DNA from: Paraspadella gotoi
Lineage: Eukaryota > Animalia > Chaetognatha
Length of the DNA: 39,068 nt
Direction of reading: 5' to 3'
NCBI GenBank assembly: GCA_051294375.1
Contig: CM119268.1
Span: 15,398,922-15,437,989, forward strand
Each line of letters starts with the position of its first letter. The stretch's first letter is position 1. This document shows, one piece after another, positions 1-8,419 of this stretch. Both the position numbers and the translations under genes were made by a program. Under the pieces are notes generated by a model. The model was not told where the DNA came from, ran no database searches, and was given only the letters and a program-made list of their open reading frames with translations.

Positions 1-635
1 ACGAACGTCAAACGCCATGACGTAGATGATGGTGGGGGGGAGAGGGAAGAAAAGGGAAGAAAAAGGGGTTAAGAAGATTCACTATTTTTAACTAATCTTT
101 CCGATATTGTGGCAATAGTCACAATGAGAGTGACTCTAAAGGTTCACGGTTCAATCCTACAATAATGCTATAATTTTATTATGTTAGCCGAGAAAGAAGT
201 AAGGAATTGAATTCCGCCCAGATCCTTTCTGGTTTTCTTTTCTTTTTCTTTCTTTTATTTTCCTTTTATATCTTCCTTTTCTTTTCCTCTTTTTCCTCCT
301 TTCCTTTTCTTTTATTCTATTTTTTCCTTCGGCGTCCGAATTCACGGCGCCGATCCCCTTAAGTGGATTGAGTGACGTCAGAGTCGAACGCGTCGCCCGC
401 CGATGAAGATTCATGCCGAGGGTCGTCGAGGGGCGCCGAGATGGGATCGAGGCTGGGGGGCGAGGGCGAAAAGGGCCGCTGGTCAGGAGTGGTGGCGGTA
501 GATTGGGTCACTTTTTGGACAGGGGCGATCAATTTGGACGGATTTTAGACAATGGTCAACGTTGGTGAGGTGGAGGTTAAAGAAAGGGGACTGTGAACGA
601 TATCGTCGAAGGCGAAGGGGCTTTGGATAATGGCG

Positions 636-731
636 AGAAGAGAGAGAGAGAGAGAAAGCGCCGCGAGGAGAGAGAGGAGAGAGAGAGAGAGAGAGAGAAG
701 AGAGAGAGGAGAGAGAGATAGAGAGAGAGAG
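636..731. repeat. (GA)n microsatellite, representative of more than 20 GA/CT tracts
   Basis: Other tracts include ~5970-6022, 6835-6890, 7007-7090, 8149-8188, 12263-12315, 17096-17184, 21378-21470, 22319-22363, 28177-28250, 34151-34224, 34846-34930 and 37289-37458. Confidence 0.95.
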
Positions 732-1159
732 TGTCACTGGTCAGTGAAAGATGAGCCAGAACGGTCAAAGATTAAGCTAAGAACGGGTTACTGAGATCTT
801 GGTAGGAAAGTTATGGAATAGTGGTTTTCTTTTAAGATGCAATATATGCACAAAAGAGAGAGAGAGAGCTGAAAGATACATTTTTCTCAAATTTCATTTT
901 AGCAGCTGAAAAATTAAAACGGTTTACGATTTGCCCCTAATAATGTAGGTATTCACTCAAGACTAACGAATTTCGCCTTTTTAGTAGGTCCGGACTCAAA
1001 TTACTTATAATTCCTTACATCGTACGTAATGAAGTTTCATTTGAAACGCTCCAAAAAAATTAAAACTATTATCATCTCTGGGAGAGATAATGTTCGCCGC
1101 ACTCTTTCTTCCCTCTGATCCATATATTTTCTCTCCCTTTGATAAAGCGAAATTCCTGG

Positions 1160-1252
1160 GAGACGTCATTAGCGTCAGTCTCAAACGCGATCCGTCGCTC
1201 CGAGTCTCTCGACTGCGACGTCATTGCCGTCATATCATCCCCGGTGACGTCA
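1160..1252. promoter_or_regulatory. Cluster of CRE/ATF-like GACGTCA motifs
   Basis: GACGTCAT occurs three times (near 1162, 1217, 1246; the last within a full TGACGTCA) plus a GCGTCA half-site, in a CpG-rich patch. Confidence 0.25.
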
Positions 1253-1789
1253 TCTCTGCGGAGGCGGGTGGGGGAGAGTGTTTGCGAATGGGTGGGGGAG
1301 TGGCAAAAAGGTAAGGGGAGTTGGGAATGGTGGAGGATGTGTGAGAATGGCTGGGGCGAGTGTGGGAATTGGGTGGCGTTATGAAAAGGGACAAAATTAT
1401 CGATCGTCGTTCTTGTTGACGTCGTCTACGGTTGTTAAAGTAAACGTCCCTGATAATGTGACAAATAAAGGAGTTTGTAGTAAGTGTTGTAAATTTGATA
1501 GCGAATATGATGAAGAAATTCAGTCACCTGGTTACGCCGAAACAATTTGTAGCACCTAATAACGGGTGATATTGCCAAAAAGCAGTGGATTAAGTAACAG
1601 TAGTTTTTTTGTTTTTTTTTTTTTGTTTTTTTTTTTGTTTGACCTTATTCGTTTGATTGACGGAAGTGTCCTCGTTTTTCAAATAATAGAAGATATTGTG
1701 GACGAAAACTATATAGAAAACATCCGTCTTTTTTCCTGGTGGCTCGATTTCGTAAATTGGTACCGATCGACGTGGAAATTACTGCTAGT

Positions 1790-1840
1790 TTCTGATATGA
1801 AATTTCATTAAAATCGGTTCTATAGCTTCAAAAGTTATGT
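1790..1840 (+). mobile_element. Possible remnant of a non-autonomous Helitron/DINE-like element
   Basis: tatgaaatttcattaaaatcggttctatagcttcaaaagttat resembles the AAATTTCATnAARATCGG core I recall from insect Helitron/DINE-1-type repeats. No termini identified. Confidence 0.2.
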
Positions 1841-2219
1841 TTAGGCAAAAAGACGAAAAAATGCGCCTTCGAGGATCACTTTCGCCGCTCAACGAGCGGA
1901 AAGTGGTTACATAAGATTTGAACTACGTGTACTAATCTTAGTCCGAGCCGAATCGACGGTAAAGCCGAAATCTCATTCCGGGCCAATAGAAATAAACGGA
2001 AAAATTTACGGAAGTGATAACGGCGAAAAAAAATATTGATATAGAAGCGAATATTGTAAAAGAATGAGGTAAATATGATTACTGATACAACTTCAAATAA
2101 GTGAATTGGATGATATTTTAATACTAATTGGGGGTTAAAGGTATAGGATTAAGATATTAGGTAATATTTTTATTTAATTTTTTCTTTAGAATAAGTATTT
2201 TTAAAATATTTTGTGTCTG

Positions 2220-2410
2220 CTAACAGTGCGAGTGCAGCTGATCCGATATAACGTAGAGAGAGGTCCCTGTCGCACTTCTTTTATTTAACAAATTGTTCTG
2301 TACAAGTTATCTTTACATAAGCGTAAGAAAAGTAAATCAAGTAAAACACCAAATGGCTTCCTCTGGTGAACGGGTAATCTGGATCCATGATCAATGTATT
2401 CTGGATCGAT
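2220..2410 (-). CDS. Putative last two exons (2410/2400-2350 and 2297-2220) separated by a 52-nt intron
   Basis: tatag or ccag acceptor, SIQNTLIMDPDYPFTRGSHL, weak donor gtgttt, acceptor ttgtacag, then NNLLNKRSATGTSLYVISDQLHSHC* ending at TAG 2222-2220. The frame join to the preceding exon is ambiguous. Confidence 0.3.
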
Positions 2411-2672
2411 CTATAATGGTACTTGCGTATTTTATTAATTATGCTCAATACAGTAGGAATAAAGTAGCCCTATTAATAAAAAAGACGGTGAATCTATTGC
2501 AAACGGTAATATAAATGACAAAGAATAAGAGTATTTTAAATATTAAGCTATCCTATCAAATAATTTAAAACATCTACATGACCAGTTCATAAAAGAATAC
2601 GTACTAAGCATTTATTAATGAATCATCCCCAATATTTTATCAGCAAATCTTGCCAGAAATTATCCCACTTCA

Positions 2673-2765
2673 TTTTTTGCTGCGAATCATCCCCGCGTCT
2701 TGTTGTGCGTTGATCCCACGTCTTTTTTAGCTGCATTCATCCCGCGTGCTTTTGCTGCGAATCAT
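2673..2765. repeat. Degenerate ~25-bp minisatellite, about 3.5 copies
   Basis: Units ttttgctgcgaatcatccccgcgtc / ttgttgtgcgttgatcccacgtc / ttttttagctgcattcatcccgcgtgc / ttttgctgcgaatcat. Confidence 0.7.
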
Positions 2766-3012
2766 ATTAGGAATATTGATTAGAATAATGGATAAAAAAT
2801 TTTTTTTTATTATTCATTTAATAAATTAGCAGATCGTTGGAAATTACATAAAATCTTTTTGTACCGAAATGGACGATTTATTCATGCGATTGCTTAGTAG
2901 CGTTTATTCAATTATTTGCTAAAAAAATTTTGTATGCACCCAACCAACATTTATTATGATTATCCAGTTTAGTTTGAATTTTTAATATTTGATACATTCA
3001 AAATGAATTCAC

Positions 3013-3082
3013 CTGGATGTCGCTTTCCTCCACTCCTGGGCCAATCGTAAACAGCTGGGGGACCCACCATCCCCAAACTCAG
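3013..3082 (-). CDS. Putative 70-nt internal exon of the same locus
   Basis: Isolated GC-rich block with acceptor ttttttaatatag and donor CAG|gtgaat. Phase 0 reads LSLGMVGPPAVYDWPRSGGKRHP; an alternative frame (EFGDGGSPSCLRLAQEWRKATS) is also open. Confidence 0.45.
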
Positions 3083-3425
3083 CTATATTAAAAAAGATTA
3101 TTTTGGTTAAATGCAATACACAAAAAAATGACAATGTTATAGAAAAAAATTTAAAAAAACCGAGTTGATTTAATACGATTAAAAAATAAGAACCATGTCT
3201 TGAAAGATTAAAAATAAACTATTGAATTGATAAGGAAATAAAAATATTAAAGATTTAGTAACTTCGCACAGATGTCACATGAAAAAAATGGAAAAAAATC
3301 TTAAAATCACAATGATCCATCGTCTGAATATTATCCACCAAAAAAGCAATAATAAATTCTGGCAAGATGAAAAATAATGGTAGTTCGTATTTACTACAAC
3401 TTGTGCACTATTATTGCCCCCCTAC

Positions 3426-3636
3426 CTCTTTGTCCGTCTTCGCCACTAAGTCGCAGAAGTATTTGCTTGAGAATGGACAACGGATTCTCCTCTCCGTTCT
3501 GCAAAACTGACAGTGGCGCCGCTTAGACCGCCTGTACTCTCTGTGTTCCGTCTTCGCGCAGTCGGGGGCGAGACAAGGAAGAGTGGCTTGGTGGCGGCGG
3601 CAGCCTGTGGCGTACATGGTGAAATTTCTAAAACCG
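3426..3636 (-). CDS. Putative exon with a four-Cys zinc-ribbon-like motif (NudC-type)
   Basis: GC-rich block in AT-rich flanks. Acceptors tttttag (3637) and ttttag (3628); donor GAG|gtaggg at 3425, phase 0. Translation ...HQATLPCLAPDCAKTEHREYRRSKRRHCQFCRTERRIRCPFSSKYFCDLVAKTDKE (ORF track 3411..3617) has CX4C...CX2C spacing like the NudC zinc ribbon. Confidence 0.5.
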
Positions 3637-3687
3637 CTAAAAAAACTACCATTTGCAAAAATCCATGAAAAAAATTTATTATATTTA

Positions 3688-4725
3688 TTACCCTTAACTT
3701 ACACCCAACCTTAATTACCCAACCATAATTCCAACTCCCTAATTACCCCACTAATCTTACCCCCCCCTAATTACCCCCACCCTATTACCCCACCCTAATT
3801 CCCAACCTAATTCCCAAACCTTATTTACCCAACTTATTTACCCCCACCCTAATTTAACCCCACCCTGATTTACTACCCAACCTTAATTACTTCCCACCCT
3901 AATCCAACCCTAATTTACCCCACCCTAATTTACCCACCCTAAGTTACCCCAACCCTAATTACCCAACCCTAATTTACCCCAACCTATTTACCCCAACTTA
4001 ATTACCCCCACCCTATTTTACCCCCCCCAAATTACACCCAACCCTATTTACCCCCAACCTTATTTACCCCACCCTAATTTACTACCCACTTATACCCCAC
4101 CCTATTTACCCCCACCCTAATGTTACTGACCCAACCTAGTTTACTCCCAACCTCTAATTTACCCCACCCTAATTTACGCCAACCTAATTTACCCCAACCA
4201 CTAATTTACCCCCAACCCAATTTACCCCACCAATTTACCCCAACCTTAATTTACCCAACCCTAATTACCCAACCCTAATTTACCCCAACCCTATTTTACC
4301 AACCCTATTTACCCCCAACCCTAATTACACCCAACCCTAATTTTACCCCCAACTTAATTACCCCCACCCTAATTATACCAACCTTAATTTACCCACCTAA
4401 TTTACCCCACCCTAATTTACCTAACCCCCAACCTTAATTTACTCCCACCTAATTTTACCCCCCCCCTATCTACCCCAACCCTAATTACCCAACCCTAATT
4501 TACCCCAACGCCTTATTCCCCACCCTAATTTACCCCAACCTTTAATTTACCCCCAACCCTAATTTCCACAACCCTATTTACCCAACTAATTACCCCACCC
4601 TAATTTACCCCCACCCTAATTTACGACCCAACTTAATTTACTCCAACCCTAATTTACCCCAAACCCAATTACCATTACCCTACCTACCATTAACCTAACT
4701 TATTCATGACCCTAACTACCATTTA
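3688..4725. repeat. ~1 kb minisatellite, consensus about CCCTAATTTACCCCAA (16 bp), roughly 60 degenerate copies
   Basis: Directly visible tandem array with frequent 1-bp indels; the + strand is almost free of G. Confidence 0.95.
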
Positions 4726-4820
4726 ACTTATCAATTCTTTTTAAATTCATTTAATCTTAATTTTTTTAATTTATTTTTTTTTTTGCACGAAAACTGTAGA
4801 TTAATTCAAACAAAATTAAC

Positions 4821-5186
4821 GCTGATGAAGCTTGAAAATTAGAACTCGAAGCCTGTCCATTGTTTTCTTTGTTGTCGACGAAAGGCTTGGACGGTCAGTG
4901 GAAAGTCGAAGTCGAGTTTCGGCAGAACTTCGGCCCGCGAAGTCGAGGCGAAAGAACGGCTCCTCAGAGAAACGATCTCAAATGGGCGTGCATAGATTCG
5001 CGATGGCACGTCGCGGGGACGAGCGCAAAGCGGCACTTTAGAGGCCGCCGGGGTGATAGATGAGAAAGCGTTCTTCAGACGAATCGTATTGGGGCAATAG
5101 TTCTTTGAAAACTATATATCGACTGCTTTAACTTAGTCGTGACTCCGGTTCAAAACGCCGCAGGGTTTTACGAAAATCCAAATTTT
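4821..5186 (-). pseudogene. Exon-like block encoding NUDT13-like N-terminal region with three in-frame stops
   Basis: Acceptor ttttttag at 5187; weak donor gttaat at 4820. The frame reads NLDFRKTLRRFEPESRLS*SSRYIVFKELLPQYDSSEERFLIYHPGGL*SAALRSSPRRAIANLCTPI*DRFSEEPFFRLDFAGRSSAETRLRLSTDRPSLSSTTKKTMDRLRVLIFKLHQ. Stops are TAA 5130-5128, TAA 5040-5038 and TGA 4980-4978. Confidence 0.45.
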
Positions 5187-5476
5187 CTAAAAAATTTTTA
5201 AAATAACACATAAAAGTAGATATTTAACGATAAACTATATCTATGTCATTATTGAATTTCTTAAAGAAGAAAAAAATCGGGCAGGGAATAAACTGTTATA
5301 ACACGAAATCACAACATCTCTTCTGGCTCTGATCTTCGAGAACCGCGGCTGCTGACGAGTTCCATTGGCTCTCGGTTTGGTTTCTGGAGTAACGTAATTA
5401 TGCGCATTCAGGGCCGGTGTAAGAGTCCGAGACAGACAAAGTCAAGGATTTCTTTATTTTATTAAAAAACTGCGTA

Positions 5477-5895
5477 AATTTTGAGTGCTCCACCAGAAAC
5501 ATAGACGAGGCAGAATTGATTTTCTCAGTCAGTTTAAAGAACTAATGATGGCGACACGCGGGAATTAAGGCCCGAAAACTCTTAACAGGGATTGTTAATT
5601 AACAAGCAATTTGGTAAAATTTTAAAAAAAATTAGTACCCTGTTTTAGACATCGAAATCTATCTGACTGTGAACCATTGTATATATTTGGTCTAGTCTTC
5701 GGAGAACGAGTAAGTTCAAGTTACGACACGTGAAAATTCCCGTTAAAACCGTCCACTTTGTGTCATCGTACCATAATCAAGTGACCGAATTTTTCGAGTG
5801 CTCCACCGACACGGGCTTCCAAAGACGCCCGCCTTCGATCTAACCATTTTATAATATTTAATTAGAATCTTCTGGCGGGAATTAAGGTTGCAAAA
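5477..5895. repeat. Two motif pairs repeated at ~315-bp spacing (diverged direct repeat or repeat-element remnant)
   Basis: GAGTGCTCCACC at ~5483 and ~5796; GCGGGAATTAAGG at ~5558 and ~5875. Confidence 0.4.
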
Positions 5896-6479
5896 AAAAG
5901 CGTGAAACCCGGAATCTGATCCCCCTCGCCCGAGAACGAATGTTTTATCTAACTAATATCAAATGTCACCTCTCTCCTCTCTCTTCTCTCTCTCTCTCTC
6001 TCTTCTCTCATCTCCTCTCTCTCGTTCAACCCGGGCCATCGGGACGTCTCCTTTTTTTTTCTCTTTCGCTGGATGAATCATGAACCTCTGGAGGAAACGT
6101 GAAAAATTGTGTGAATCGCGGGGAGACAGCGGCGCCGGCAGCGGCGACGGCGGCGGCGGGTCTCAGCGGCGGCGAACATGATTAGACGATATGAAAATGG
6201 TTGGCGAGAGGGCGTCAAACGATCCGAGGGATTAGATGATTTGATTGGTTTTCATGCCTCATCTGGAATCTAGGTTAATCTGAATTTTGGTTTTTTTGTT
6301 CTATTATTCCGTCAAGTATAATAAAATTTTATAATAAATAGAAATTGTATTAAAGATTAAAAAAATATTAAAAATTGTTTAAAAGATCAAACAAACGATA
6401 GCAACCATTCAATTTTAATGTACCTTTTTGTTAGCCCATTAAAGTTTCTGACGGAGATATTACGCGGTCCAATGACGAA

Positions 6480-7000
6480 ACTCTACTTTTTTAAATTCTT
6501 CACTCTAAGTTATGATCACGACTTTTTTTACTTTCTAGAACAAATACATCATTAGACACGTTTTACTTTAGTTTAGCAGTTTTTCTTGAAAACAAATAAA
6601 TTATTAACTTATCAAATCTATACCAATTTTTATGTAATAGCGCCGACGTTGTTCAAATAATAATTAAAGAATAGTTTGAATTATAATGACAATCCGAAAT
6701 GCTATATGTTCTCAATCGTTTTCTGCAAAAAGCAAGAAAAGAAGGAATTAAAAAGAAGGTGAAAATTCTCACCCTCTTTACGTTAAAGGGTTCTTAATTG
6801 TCGACCTTGTCTAACCCGTTTATTTCTGCAATGTCTCTCTCTCTCTCTCTCTCTTTCTATCTCTCTCTCTCACTCTCTCTCTGTCTCCTTCCTCTCCTAG
6901 TCCTTAATTGCGTGGAAAACCTCGATCTCGTTATCATCTTCACGACGACTTTTTCAAAAAGCTACTCTTGAATCTTCCCGCCAAATTGCCGTCTATTCGA
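6480..7000 (+). repeat. Copy 1 of local duplication (clearly matches 8420-9040)
   Basis: Shared runs such as aaaagaaggtgaaaattct, tacgttaaagggttcttaattgtcgac and cccgtttatttctgcaatgtct. Confidence 0.9.
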
Positions 7001-7005
7001 AAACA

Positions 7006-7052
<47 letters not shown>

Positions 7053-7416
7053 GAGAGAAAGAAGAGAGTGAGCAGAGAGAGAGAGGTGAGGAGATAAGAA
7101 AGAAAGGAGAGAAGCTGGCGTCTCTACGCCTCTTGAGGCTGAGAATGGTCAACATTGGTCGCAAACAGTAACTTCTGATCGAAAAAAAGTATTTCCCCCA
7201 AACGGTTTGTGGGTAAGCTGAGCCTAACGATAGAAATTCGGAGAGAGGAAAAAAATGCGGGAATCAAAGTAAATAAANNNNNNNNNNNNNNNNNNNNNNN
7301 NNCCGCCACGCCGCCGGCGCAACGATTCCCGGTTCCCTCACGTCGCCTTCTTCCTCAGAGCCGGATCTTCCTCCCGCCAGATCTTTGGAGCGCCGACGCC
7401 TGAACGATGTCGACGC

Positions 7417-7460
7417 CGACGCCGGTTACGCCACCGACGCCGGTTACGCCACCGACGCCG
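7417..7460. repeat. 18-bp tandem repeat CGACGCCGGTTACGCCAC, 2.4 copies
   Basis: Exact copies at 7417-7434 and 7435-7452, partial 7453-7460. Confidence 0.9.
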
Positions 7461-7565
7461 CAGCCCGTTTTATGGCGCTCATTACGCCCTAGAGCGCCGA
7501 CTTTTCTTCAAAACAATTAACGTGCGCCCTCCTCAAGTTTCGATTCGCGAAAAATTTTCATTCGC

Positions 7566-7826
7566 GCTCTCTCTCTCTCTCTCTNNNNNNNNNNNNNNNN
7601 NNNNNNNNNNNNNNNNNNNNNNNNNNNNNNNNNNNNNNNNNNNNNNNNNNNNNNNNNNNNNNNNNNNNNNNNNNNNNNNNNNNNNNNNNNNNNNNNNNNN
7701 NNNNNNNNNNNNNNNNNNNNNNNNNNNNNNNNNNNNNNNNNNNNNNNNNNNNNNNNNNNNNNNNNNNNNNNNNNNNNNNNNNNNNNNNNNNNNNNNNNNN
7801 NNNNNNNNNNNNNNNNNNNNNNNNNN

Positions 7827-7857
<31 letters not shown>
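7566..7857. repeat. (CT)n - N gap - (AG)n inverted microsatellite pair
   Basis: A (CT)n tract runs into gap 7585-7826 and an (AG)n tract emerges from it. Confidence 0.85.
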
Positions 7858-7863
<6 letters not shown>

Positions 7864-8147
7864 TAAGGAGTAAGTAACTCACATGGCATCGTTCAAAATT
7901 AGGAAAGTATGATATATATTTATTTTAAAGATACCCAAAAAAAATCAAAATAGTACTGAAACTTTGGAATTTATTTCATTTTTTTATTTTCGTAAAGCGA
8001 CAATTCCTTAATAATTCCGTAATGATGCCGTTTATACTATTTTCCCCAATTGATAATTAATGAACTTTTGGTTAATTTTCTGCAAAGCAAATTGGTTAAC
8101 CGAGGTCCTTGCTGCCGAAGAACGAGAGATAAAGAGATACGAAGATT

Positions 8148-8192
<45 letters not shown>

Positions 8193-8419
8193 TTTGCGTA
8201 GTTGTAATCGCTTTTGATCCCCGTGTTACGATACGATATTACGAGGCTCTTCGTCGACCTAATCGTCGAATTTTTCCTCTTTATCACTTTATTAATGCGC
8301 AATCATCATCATCGTCATCATCGTCTTCGTCCTCGTCGTCGTCCTCCCGGAATCGGCGGGATACAAAGGGTTTCGGAATGTTGGCGGCACCCTTGGCCCC
8401 CTGACCAAAAAACGATGAG

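Larger units (their letters stand above)
2220..5186 (-). pseudogene. Putative NUDT13/NudC-family (NADH pyrophosphatase)-like multi-exon locus, disrupted (pseudogene or assembly errors)
   Basis: Five GC-richer blocks bounded by AG/GT on the minus strand: 5186-4821, ~3636/3627-3426, 3082-3013, 2410/2400-2350 and 2297-2220. Manual translations resemble, in colinear order, human NUDT13 as recalled from memory: YIVFKELLP~FYLFHSLAP, EEPFFRLDF~QEAWFALDL, LRVLIFKLHQR~LRKALFQLNAR, a zinc ribbon with SKR, YPFTRGS~WPFPSGS and VISDQL~AISHQL. Identity is low and no database search was run. Confidence 0.45.

Noticed and set aside
105-160. tRNA or SINE head (B-box-like GGTTCAATCC at 148-157)
   Set aside because: Poor A-box, no cloverleaf and no tail or TSD.
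3426-3617. piggyBac C-terminal cysteine-rich domain
   Set aside because: Cys spacing is incomplete and there is no upstream DDD transposase frame or TTAA/TIR; the NudC zinc ribbon fits the context better.
3688-4725. True telomere or CRISPR array
   Set aside because: The unit is 16 bp and internal to the scaffold, not (TTAGGG)n or (TTAGG)n, and there are no unique spacers or cas genes.
4970-5075. C2H2 zinc-finger-like reading (PLKCRF...HRESMHAHLRS) on the minus strand
   Set aside because: It lacks the correct second Cys and final His, is flanked by stops, and overlaps a better-supported frame.
5300-5450. Additional 5' exon of the NUDT13-like locus
   Set aside because: The block is GC-richer, but frame and splice sites are ambiguous and no similarity is recognisable.
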